Below, in pieces: positions 1 to 8,763 of a stretch of 51,519 nucleotides of DNA. This DNA comes from an uncultured Sangeribacter sp. (GTDB lineage Bacteria > Bacteroidota > Bacteroidia > Bacteroidales > Muribaculaceae). The notes below the pieces were generated by a model, which saw only the letters and a program-made list of their open reading frames with translations, did no database searches and was not told where the DNA came from. Numbering within the stretch: the stretch's first letter is position 1; every line of letters begins with the position of its first letter. The translations under genes were made by a program, and so were the position numbers. The stretch spans positions 1 to 51,519 of the forward strand of contig CAYTOR010000001.1 in the NCBI GenBank assembly GCA_964439505.1. The letters run 5' to 3'.

Positions 1-110
1 TACTTCGCCAACAAAGCCCCCCTCCTCCAATCCCTCCTCTCCCAATCCCTCTAATATATCCTCTTTCTTAACAGGAATACTTATCCCTGCTCTCATAACT
101 ACAGTATCCA

Positions 111-1307
111 ATGCTGCTATACCTCATCATCTTTCTTATTCCCGTCATCGCTTATATGGTCGGTCCGACAGAAAACCGTAATAAGCAATTCCTTCAATTC
201 TATATGTTGGCTTTGATGGTCTTTGTAGGTTTGGCCGATATGTTAGGAGGGTATGACCGGTATATTTATGGAGAAGTTTTCGATCGCCTCGCAGACGGAG
301 TGACCAACGGAGACGAGATTATGACTCTCAATGAATTCAAGCATTTTGAGATCGGATACTCAACCCTAAGTTGGTTTATTGCGCTGATCACGGAAAACCG
401 ATATATCTATATTTTCATCGTCACTATGCTTATCTACTTTTTCATATATAAGGCCTTCGAAAGAAGTATGAATAATTATCCGCTTGCGATGATAATATTT
501 TTGGGGATGGTATTTTACTTTACCTTCACTTATTTGCGACAGGTATTGGCCTTCTCCATAGCATGGTATGGTGTAAGATTTATGATTGATAAGAAATGGA
601 TTAAGTTTTTGTTGATATGCGCAATCGTCACCTTGTTGCACAAGGCAGGAATAATATTTTTAGGAATTTTATTTGTGCCGATTCGAAAATGGTCACCAAA
701 TATAGTAGTCTTTCTCTTACTGATATGCGCAATTGTAGGGCTCTCAGGAGTTACCGGTAACATGTATGACGCTTATGCGGAAGTATCAGAAATGCAATTG
801 AAAAACTCCTATGATACAGATAGTGGATTACGAATAGCATATATTTTGGAAGTAGCATTCTTTACTTGGCTGATTTTGACGAATTATAACAAAATCGAGC
901 CGACCCGGAAGAATCTGATTTTCCTCAATATGGCATGGTGTTTCTGTGCAATTTTGCTGTTATTTGTCAAATCGGAAGACGGTGGGCGCGTTGCTTGGTT
1001 CTTTACTCTCGGTATTATTTATATTATATCCTTGATTTGCACTTATACTCAATATTCTGCTAATCTAACCGCCATACAATCGACTGTAAAAAATCAGAAA
1101 TTTATGAATTTCTTGATTATAGTTTTGATGATGGGATTATACCTTCGAGTTTACATTTCTTGGCAACCCTATAATAATCTTTACCCATACAAGACCTTCC
1201 TTACGGACGGGTTCAGAAGTCCGGACTTTGCCAGAGAACACTACGAATATGACTATACCTACGATCTGGATAAGTTCTATCGTCCGGCTTTCAGATTCTT
1301 GGAATGA
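111..1307 (+). CDS. EpsG-family membrane protein, probable Wzy-type polysaccharide polymerase
   Basis: 398 aa with many hydrophobic segments. EpsG-like motifs GGYDRYIY, FEIGY, YLRQVLA and LLHKAG. Located among glycosyltransferases. Confidence 0.8.
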   Translation: MLLYLIIFLIPVIAYMVGPTENRNKQFLQFYMLALMVFVGLADMLGGYDRYIYGEVFDRLADGVTNGDEIMTLNEFKHFEIGYSTLSWFIALITENRYIYIFIVTMLIYFFIYKAFERSMNNYPLAMIIFLGMVFYFTFTYLRQVLAFSIAWYGVRFMIDKKWIKFLLICAIVTLLHKAGIIFLGILFVPIRKWSPNIVVFLLLICAIVGLSGVTGNMYDAYAEVSEMQLKNSYDTDSGLRIAYILEVAFFTWLILTNYNKIEPTRKNLIFLNMAWCFCAILLLFVKSEDGGRVAWFFTLGIIYIISLICTYTQYSANLTAIQSTVKNQKFMNFLIIVLMMGLYLRVYISWQPYNNLYPYKTFLTDGFRSPDFAREHYEYDYTYDLDKFYRPAFRFLE

Positions 1308-2512
1308 AACGTATAGCCTTAATAACTCTCCATACTCCGACCGAGACGAATCTGCGAGGCGCCAGCGCGTTGCCGTATCATCTTTTGGCTTTTAGACCAA
1401 AGGATATCAAAGTGGAGATATGGTCTTTCAATCTCAACAATTGTGCGGAAGAACTTATCAGAAAGTCTGAATCAGAATTGGGAGTAAAGATTCATATCAT
1501 TCCAAGGCCAAAATCGCAAAAAATCCTACGGCTTGCTCCGGTCAGATTGCTACTTCCAAAACCCATGCTTGCCTATCTGACCCTCCCGGTTAATATTGTT
1601 GAAGAAATTAAGGGATATTTAGGTAAAGATAATGAAGGAGATAGTAATCTATGGATTTACGGTGAAGATATATCACATCTCGCAAATGAGTTCCAGGGCC
1701 TACTGACAGTCGTCACCACTCCCGATTGCGAAGCGATGTATTATCATCGTGTACTCTCTATGAAGGGAATTCCTTTGAGCAAAAAAGCCCTGATGCGATA
1801 TGGCTTGATGTATCATCGCTACGCGAAAACTGCGGCAAAATATCCTACAGGGGAAAATATTACATATCATCTCGTAGGAAAAGAAGATTCTCAATTTCTG
1901 AAAAGACTAAATCCCAAAGCGAAAGTTAAATTCCTCAATCATCCTCACTATTCACTCTTAGACTTACCACCTTCTGATATTCAGGAAAGGGAAAAAATCC
2001 GTCTTCTTATTGCCGGAGCGTATAACTTTACGATGGCTCAGGCTGCCGATGAAGCTTTCGAGGCAATGACGACATTGCTTCAGTCTGTAAAAGACCGCTA
2101 TCTCGTGACTTTCTTAGGAAAGGGTTGGGATAAATCCGCCGATTTACTCCGTAAATCGGGATTTGAAGTCGAACAAAAGGGTTATGTCGAGGATTACGCC
2201 GCCGAAGTGGCTTCGCATCATATCCAACTTACTCCCGTCTGCGTCGGGACCGGCACAAAAGGGAAAGTACTTGATGCTTTCGCCAACGGACTGATGGTAA
2301 TCGGTACTCCCCTCGCTCTTGAAAATATTCAAGCCGAAAGAGGCTCGGAATGTATTGAATATTCGACCGGTGAAGAACTGACCGAAGCCTTAACTCAGCT
2401 AAGTGAGAATCCTAATCGAATCTCCCAAATCGCCAGAGCCGGAAAAGAGGCCATTCTTACCAATCATTCAAGAAGCAAAGTCGCAGAAAAGTTTTTCAAC
2501 TTATTCCAATGA
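1304..2512 (+). CDS. GT4-like (GT-B) glycosyltransferase
   Basis: C-terminal GT4 signature PVCVGTGTKGKVLDAFANGLMVIGT. Start overlaps the upstream stop (ATGA). Confidence 0.8.
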   Translation: MKRIALITLHTPTETNLRGASALPYHLLAFRPKDIKVEIWSFNLNNCAEELIRKSESELGVKIHIIPRPKSQKILRLAPVRLLLPKPMLAYLTLPVNIVEEIKGYLGKDNEGDSNLWIYGEDISHLANEFQGLLTVVTTPDCEAMYYHRVLSMKGIPLSKKALMRYGLMYHRYAKTAAKYPTGENITYHLVGKEDSQFLKRLNPKAKVKFLNHPHYSLLDLPPSDIQEREKIRLLIAGAYNFTMAQAADEAFEAMTTLLQSVKDRYLVTFLGKGWDKSADLLRKSGFEVEQKGYVEDYAAEVASHHIQLTPVCVGTGTKGKVLDAFANGLMVIGTPLALENIQAERGSECIEYSTGEELTEALTQLSENPNRISQIARAGKEAILTNHSRSKVAEKFFNLFQ

Positions 2513-2516
2513 CCAT

Positions 2517-2594
2517 GTAGGGACGCGATTCTTCGTGTCCACAGAGAAGGTCCAATTATTCCAATAAAGTAGGGGCGCAATACATTGCGCCCGC
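2517..2594 (+). repeat. Pair of 26-bp REP-like palindromes (type B 2517-2542, type A 2569-2594)
   Basis: GTAGGGACGCGATTCTTCGTGTCCAC and GTAGGGGCGCAATACATTGCGCCCGC. Each is a GTAG tetranucleotide followed by a hairpin, and both types recur elsewhere in the window. Confidence 0.85.
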
Positions 2595-2628
2595 GACGAA
2601 CAACAGATCAGTCATATAAGACTCCTAA

Positions 2629-3624
2629 ATGAAGTCAAACAGAAACTCTTCCTTCGAACTTCTCAGAATCATAATGATTCTCATGATTCTGATTGAGCAT
2701 GGGAATTTGTGGTTTAGCGGGTGGGGATATTCATCTTCGACTGAGCATTGGGGTAAGAGTATAGTGGAGGCTACATGTGTCTATGCAGTCAATGGTTTTG
2801 TGCTGATTTCGGGATGGTTTGGCATCCGTGCTGATCTGAGGAAAATCGGGGATCTGATGTTCATGGTACTGTTCTGCACCGTCCCGGTCCTTCTCATCGC
2901 ACTGATCTGTGGAAAATTACCCATTTCTCAAATATGTTCACTGCAAGGAATCTACGATTACGTATTGGGAGGGAATGGCTATTGGTTCGTAATCGATTAT
3001 ATCGGACTTTTAATAATCGCGCCCATCCTTAATAAGGGAATCGAACTTATCGAACGCCCGCAATTCAGAAATATCCTCATTGCGGGCTATGCACTCATCG
3101 CAATTTTCGATTTTGTATTCCGGCAGTCAGTATTGGGCGCCGAAGGTGGTTATAGCGTCCTTTGGATGTGCTATCTCTATCTCCTCGCCCGCTATATGCG
3201 CCTCTATGGGTTAAACTGGATAGACCGGAACAGATACGTTCTTTTCTTCGGCTGTATTATCCTGCAATCCGTATTGTTCTATTTCGGCCTTACCAGTTTA
3301 CGCTATACCAATCCCCTGATACTTATCCCTGCGATATGCCTTATCTTCATCTTCCGCAAATGGGATTTCAGAAATAAGCAGATCAACTTAGCCGCGAAGG
3401 GCGCGCTGATGGCATATCTTCTTCACATGCAACCGGTCTTGATCCCTACTTTCCGTAAGTTTCTATTCTCTCAATATCAACTCAACGGATATTGGCTCTA
3501 TATGCTGGAGATAATCGCACTTTCAATCGGTGTATATCTCGTCGCAATTGTCGTGAATTGGATTCAAGCGAAATTATACTATTATCTCTCAAATGTTGGT
3601 CACAATCGCCACGCCAACACATAA
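2629..3624 (+). CDS. Acyltransferase-3 family membrane O-acyltransferase
   Basis: N-terminal RNSSFELLRIIMILMILIEH, AVNGFVLISGWF, YWFV and C-terminal YLLH; polytopic membrane protein. Confidence 0.85.
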   Translation: MKSNRNSSFELLRIIMILMILIEHGNLWFSGWGYSSSTEHWGKSIVEATCVYAVNGFVLISGWFGIRADLRKIGDLMFMVLFCTVPVLLIALICGKLPISQICSLQGIYDYVLGGNGYWFVIDYIGLLIIAPILNKGIELIERPQFRNILIAGYALIAIFDFVFRQSVLGAEGGYSVLWMCYLYLLARYMRLYGLNWIDRNRYVLFFGCIILQSVLFYFGLTSLRYTNPLILIPAICLIFIFRKWDFRNKQINLAAKGALMAYLLHMQPVLIPTFRKFLFSQYQLNGYWLYMLEIIALSIGVYLVAIVVNWIQAKLYYYLSNVGHNRHANT

Positions 3625-4462
3625 CAGGGCCAAACTACTCCCCCGCCTATACCGAAGTCTTTGCGAGCAGTCTTGCCGGAACTTTGAATGGTTAATCGTT
3701 GATGACGGATCTTCGGATGATACACGCTCAGTCGTAGAGAGTTTCATCGCGGAAAATCAGATCCCTATCCGCTATTTCCGTAAACCGAACGGCGGCAAGC
3801 ATACAGCAGTCAATCTGGCGGCTCGTGAAGCTCGCGGAGAACTGTTCTTTATCGCTGATAGCGACGATTGGTTGCCGACCTTTGCTATCGCCGATGTAAT
3901 TGAGGCATTCGTACCAATCAGCAAAAATGAGCAATTCGCCGGAATCTGCGGACTTGATCAGTATGCCGACGGAGCGATCGTCGGGAGCGGACTACCAGAG
4001 GCTGCAATCAACGCATCGCCCGCGGATATCCGCGAAAAATGGGGAGTAAAAGGAGATCTGAAGGAAGTGTTCCGGACAGAAGTCATGCGTCAGTTTCCCT
4101 TCCCGGAAATTGAGGGAGAGCGGTTCTGTCCTGAAGTACTTATCTGGAATCGTATTAGCAGGAACTATAAACTGCGCTATATCAACAAGCCTATCTATAC
4201 AGTCGAGTATCAACCGGACGGCATCACGAGCGGAATTACACGGGCGCGCATCAATAGTCCGATAGCCACTATGATGACTTATTCGGAATGGTTTGACATG
4301 GCCCGCACTCCCAAAGCAAAATTGCGAATGGCCATCAACTATTGGCGATTCGCATTTTGCGCAAAGCGGAAACACTCCGTTTCTATCTCCGGTTGGGGAA
4401 AACTCCTGATGCCGGTCGGAGCCGCTTTCCATTTAAAAGATATGATTCAGGTGAAATCCTGA
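3593..4462 (+). CDS. GT2 glycosyltransferase
   Basis: TPTHNR, LIVDDGSSD, NGGKH and ADSDD motifs. Confidence 0.92.
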   Translation: MLVTIATPTHNRAKLLPRLYRSLCEQSCRNFEWLIVDDGSSDDTRSVVESFIAENQIPIRYFRKPNGGKHTAVNLAAREARGELFFIADSDDWLPTFAIADVIEAFVPISKNEQFAGICGLDQYADGAIVGSGLPEAAINASPADIREKWGVKGDLKEVFRTEVMRQFPFPEIEGERFCPEVLIWNRISRNYKLRYINKPIYTVEYQPDGITSGITRARINSPIATMMTYSEWFDMARTPKAKLRMAINYWRFAFCAKRKHSVSISGWGKLLMPVGAAFHLKDMIQVKS

Positions 4463-4480
4463 AGACAATAAGGATAAGGT

Positions 4481-5563
4481 ATGAAAATCCTGCACGTCAT
4501 AACTTCGTTGCGCACCGGCGGGGCTGAAAAACTGATGGTCGATCTGTTGCCGCTCCTGCGTGACGCCGGACATGAAGTGGATCTTTTGCTTTTTGATGGG
4601 ACCCGGACTCAATTTAGAGAGGAATTAGAAAAAACCGGAGTTAGGATTTTTGATTGTGGGGAAGGAAATTCCGTCTATAGCCTTAAGAATCTAAGGACTC
4701 TGCGAAAATTAGCCGTAAATTACGATATTATTCATACTCACAATTCTTCCCCTCAGTTCTTCGCGGCCTTGGCGACCATAGGAAAGAAAGTCAGATTGGT
4801 CACCACCGAACATAACACCACCAACCGCCGTCGCAATTGGCCGGGATTTTCGATTATTGACCGTTGGATGTATGGCCGGTATGACTCCATAATCTGTATC
4901 TCCGACAAGGCTGAAGATAATCTGCGGAGTTTTCTTAAAAGCAAATCTAAGAAGATCACTACTATCTATAACGGTATAGACACTTCCAGATTCAGAGACG
5001 CCACTCCCTCCGAGGAACTGAAACCCTTGATACCTAAAGATGGGAAGGCCATTGTAATGGTCGCGGCGTTCCGCCCACAGAAGAATCAGGATTGCTTGGC
5101 CAAGTCAATGGAATTATTGCCGGAGAAGTTTCATGTTTTCTTTGTCGGAACAGGAAACAGATTTGAAGAAGTCAAATCATTAGCCCAATCCTCACCCGCG
5201 TGGGATAGGATTCATTTCTTAGGTCGCCGATCGGATATTCCCGAGATTCTAAAGGCGGCGGATTTCGTAGTTCTGTCTTCGCATTATGAAGGTCTATCAC
5301 TCTCCTCTATCGAAGGGATGAGTGTTGGGAAACCCTTCATCGCCTCTGATGTTGACGGATTGCATGAGGTTGTAAGGGATGCCGGAATTCTCTTTCCGGA
5401 TGGCGACGCGACAGCTCTCGCTCAAGAAATCCTCAAACTCGACAACGATCCGGAAGAATACAAAAGGATAGCTGACAGGTGCTATACAAGAGCCCTGGAA
5501 TTCGATATATCGAGAATGAAGGAGGGCTATCACGAAATCTATAATCTATTTAAGTACATGTAA
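4481..5563 (+). CDS. GT4 glycosyltransferase
   Basis: MKILHVITSLRTGGAEK, TEH, IYNGID and SHYEGLSLSSIEGM motifs. Confidence 0.92.
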   Translation: MKILHVITSLRTGGAEKLMVDLLPLLRDAGHEVDLLLFDGTRTQFREELEKTGVRIFDCGEGNSVYSLKNLRTLRKLAVNYDIIHTHNSSPQFFAALATIGKKVRLVTTEHNTTNRRRNWPGFSIIDRWMYGRYDSIICISDKAEDNLRSFLKSKSKKITTIYNGIDTSRFRDATPSEELKPLIPKDGKAIVMVAAFRPQKNQDCLAKSMELLPEKFHVFFVGTGNRFEEVKSLAQSSPAWDRIHFLGRRSDIPEILKAADFVVLSSHYEGLSLSSIEGMSVGKPFIASDVDGLHEVVRDAGILFPDGDATALAQEILKLDNDPEEYKRIADRCYTRALEFDISRMKEGYHEIYNLFKYM

Positions 5564-5598
5564 GTTAAGAAATGGGATATTATAGTATTAATACCCCA

Positions 5599-5652
5599 AG
5601 AATCGTGGGAACAGATTCATGTTCCACACCATGGACCTGTTCCAACGATTCT
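5599..5652. repeat. Imperfect 23-bp inverted repeat upstream of rdrA
   Basis: AGAATCGTGGGAACAGATTCATG (5599-5621) against CATGGACCTGTTCCAACGATTCT (5630-5652); 20 of 23 positions complementary. Confidence 0.75.
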
Positions 5653-5783
5653 AATTTTTATTACTTGCTTTTATATATCATTTAAGAATTGATAGGATAC
5701 GAATGGGAAGTCGACAATTACGAAGACTATAATTCCCTTCTGCAGATAATTCCAAGTACACCTGACATCTAAATACTTTCATC

Positions 5784-8672
5784 ATGAAGACAATGAGACT
5801 GAAGGTCGGGAATGCTTCCCGGCCGGTCATCCTCGATAATGATAATTACAAGGGGTCGATCATGGAGGATCCCATTGATGTGGCTACCTCTATCTTCGAC
5901 CGTTTGATCCGATATGGGATGGAGTACCGACAGGAGGAGAAGGAGAAAAAGAAAAAACTGGAATTCAAAGATTTTGAGCGCGACTGGAGTTTTAAGGTCA
6001 AGAATAACGTCATTCCGTTCTTTGGCGACCGGGGATCGGGTAAGACTTCCTGTATGCTGTCTGTACAGAAAATAGTTTTGGAGAAGGAGGAATATCAGAA
6101 CAGAATCTTGACGATGGATGTAGTCGATCCTTCCTTCTTCGACGAAGACCATAATATCCTTCAGTTGTTTGTCGCCCAACTTTATACTACCTTCATCTCT
6201 TCCAATAAATATCAGGACTTGATGAAGAAGCCGGAAGTCTTAGAGCTCAAAAGTGAGATCCTGCTTCTGCAGAATAATCTGAAATATCTTGAAAAGAATA
6301 AGGCCGCGGAAGTCTTAGATGATGACTATGCCCTTCAGTTGGAGGCCCTGGCTTCCGGCGTATATCTGCAATCAAATCTGCGTAAGGTAGTCAGGGATAC
6401 TTTGAATTTCTTGGGAAAGGATTTCCTGCTAATCGTCATTGATGATCTGGATATCAATGTCAACCGTGCTTACGAGATGATGGAGCAGATCAGGAAGTAT
6501 CTGATAATGCCGGAACTCGTAATCATGCTCTCTGCAAAACCAGACCAGCTGGAGAATTCCATCCGTCTGCACCTGAAGAAAATTTATCACGGAGTGCGTG
6601 AAGGAAATGATGAGGAGATAGAAGAAATGACGGAGAAGTATCTTTCCAAGTTTCTTCCTCAATCCCACAGGGTCTTTATGAGTGCTCCCGAAACTCTGCT
6701 CTCGGCCAATCTCGTAATCACCAACGAAAAAGATGAGAATATCCGAAAAAAGCCTTTTGACAGCGTAGCGGATGGCGTTCTTGATCTGATTTTCCAGAAG
6801 ACCCGCTATCTCTTCTATAATAGAGATAATTCTTACTCCTATATTCTTCCCCGTAATCTACGCAATCTGACAATGCTTATCGAGCTATTGGTCGGAATGG
6901 AGGATCACGATGAAAAGGTAAGCGTGACCACTGACAACACCGACTCGGCGCATCAGAATATCGTCAACAAGCAGAGGTTTAAGGATTACCTGATCAATGA
7001 CGCCCTCAATGTCCTTGACAGTGGGGACCGGGAGATGATCCTCAGCCTGTACAATACTTCCGACATCCCGAGATTCAATAAATTGGTGTTGGCGACTCTG
7101 CAGGATAAGTATTGGAATTTCTTTCCGCCCCATACCTCTTCCTCTTCTACATGGACTAATATTTTTTCTCAAGATGCGAAGAGTTTCAACGTATCCTTGG
7201 GTGATGTGCTTGAAGTGCTGAATTATCTTTCGCAGATAATGATTTCGGACAAGAACCAGTATTTCCTTTTTGCCATACAGACATTATATTCCATCAGGAT
7301 GTATGAGTTGTATGATGAGATGACGGATGAGTTCAACAGTTCACTCAGGACTAAGAAGCCTGCGGCGGAGGATGGGGAAAAGGCTCAGCCTAAGGATAAT
7401 GCGGTGGGCGCCGAAGAGAAACCTAAAGTCGAACAGGCAGAAATTGATAAAGCCCAAAATAGAGTCAGCCTGCAGAACAATAATCTTGACTATGAAGATC
7501 TTCCGGATTTCCTAAAGCTGCTTGGCGGGACAGTCATCAGTTTTGACCGACAGCACCGGCTTCTCCAAAACAATCGCGACATCAGGCTGCTTAATGCCCT
7601 GACCATACGGGAGGAAATCTCCAAACTCGTAGAAATTTCCCGCAAAGGACAGCCGGAAGGATCTTATCTTCTGCCTGAGGAGCTAATACCGAGGCTCAGG
7701 GTTCTTGAATTCATGGCGTTGTGCGCTGCCTTCCATATCGATACCCGCAAGAAGGAAGATATCCGGCAGATGCTAAAGGAGTACAGGACTTCTCCCGTAC
7801 CATATTTTGTCAAACCCTTTGACACCGGACTGAAAAATATCGTTTTCAGCATCACGAAGCCCCTTTTCAGCCTAATCTATCCCAAACAGGCATATATTGC
7901 CTTCGGTAAGGAGTTCTGGAATTTATGCCGTGCGATGTCGAAAGCGGAGAACCCATCTTTATTGGGGCAGATATTATACGACAACCCCAAATATCCGGGT
8001 GACGATGAGGTTTCTGAAGATTCTGACTTAGCTTCCCGCGCAAGCATCAGGAATATGGAGATCCTCATCGATCTTTACAATAAACTGATAGTTTCGGGTC
8101 CGAACAAGCGGGTGGATAAACAAAATAAGGGAGTGCCGGGAATGTATGGGGATTTCCTTAAGTCGATATGCAATCTGAAATGGTTGACTTATTCCTTTAA
8201 CGAAAATACCAACGAACATCACACTATCGAACTGACCGTTCTCCTCCCGTTAGTTAATGTCATGGAGAGCATCAGCAAGGGGGAGGATGAAGGCTTGAAG
8301 GAACTCTTTGAAAAATGTTTCATTGATGAAGAATCGTCAATGAAAAGAGCGGTTCCTTCAAAAAATAGACCGGAGAAAGACTCTCCGGAAAGCCGGCGTT
8401 TTACGCCGGGATTCGACTACGACAAACCGACTATCCGCAACATAATATTCCGGGAATATCCTGATTATAAGAAGGAGTATTATGGTAATCCGGAAGGCAA
8501 ACTTCATAAGGATCTCACCTCCGGTATGGCCTTGGCCGATACAAAAGGGGAGACTGTCGTAAGGTATCTCGCCACTATTGCAGACTCGGATCATGGTTTC
8601 CTCAATGTGATTGGAGAAGAACTGCAAGAGGAGTATATGAGACTTAAGGTCAATGACATAATCCTCAGATAA
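5784..8672 (+). CDS. rdrA: RADAR system ATPase RdrA (KAP/AAA+ P-loop NTPase)
   Basis: 962 aa. Walker A GDRGSGKTS, Walker B LLIVIDDLD, KAP-type KYLSKFLP and LPRNLR motif. Directly upstream of a large adenosine deaminase. Confidence 0.85.
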   Translation: MKTMRLKVGNASRPVILDNDNYKGSIMEDPIDVATSIFDRLIRYGMEYRQEEKEKKKKLEFKDFERDWSFKVKNNVIPFFGDRGSGKTSCMLSVQKIVLEKEEYQNRILTMDVVDPSFFDEDHNILQLFVAQLYTTFISSNKYQDLMKKPEVLELKSEILLLQNNLKYLEKNKAAEVLDDDYALQLEALASGVYLQSNLRKVVRDTLNFLGKDFLLIVIDDLDINVNRAYEMMEQIRKYLIMPELVIMLSAKPDQLENSIRLHLKKIYHGVREGNDEEIEEMTEKYLSKFLPQSHRVFMSAPETLLSANLVITNEKDENIRKKPFDSVADGVLDLIFQKTRYLFYNRDNSYSYILPRNLRNLTMLIELLVGMEDHDEKVSVTTDNTDSAHQNIVNKQRFKDYLINDALNVLDSGDREMILSLYNTSDIPRFNKLVLATLQDKYWNFFPPHTSSSSTWTNIFSQDAKSFNVSLGDVLEVLNYLSQIMISDKNQYFLFAIQTLYSIRMYELYDEMTDEFNSSLRTKKPAAEDGEKAQPKDNAVGAEEKPKVEQAEIDKAQNRVSLQNNNLDYEDLPDFLKLLGGTVISFDRQHRLLQNNRDIRLLNALTIREEISKLVEISRKGQPEGSYLLPEELIPRLRVLEFMALCAAFHIDTRKKEDIRQMLKEYRTSPVPYFVKPFDTGLKNIVFSITKPLFSLIYPKQAYIAFGKEFWNLCRAMSKAENPSLLGQILYDNPKYPGDDEVSEDSDLASRASIRNMEILIDLYNKLIVSGPNKRVDKQNKGVPGMYGDFLKSICNLKWLTYSFNENTNEHHTIELTVLLPLVNVMESISKGEDEGLKELFEKCFIDEESSMKRAVPSKNRPEKDSPESRRFTPGFDYDKPTIRNIIFREYPDYKKEYYGNPEGKLHKDLTSGMALADTKGETVVRYLATIADSDHGFLNVIGEELQEEYMRLKVNDIILR

Positions 8673-8763
8673 GTCTGAATTTGTCAAAGTCCATTAAAGG
8701 ATAGGAAAATAGGTAGGATAAAATTATTAGATCTTCAAAGTCTATCCCGCATTTCTTCTTCAC

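Noticed and set aside
5572-5685. 37-codon ORF upstream of rdrA
   Set aside because: It spans the hairpin and has no supporting features, so it is likely chance.
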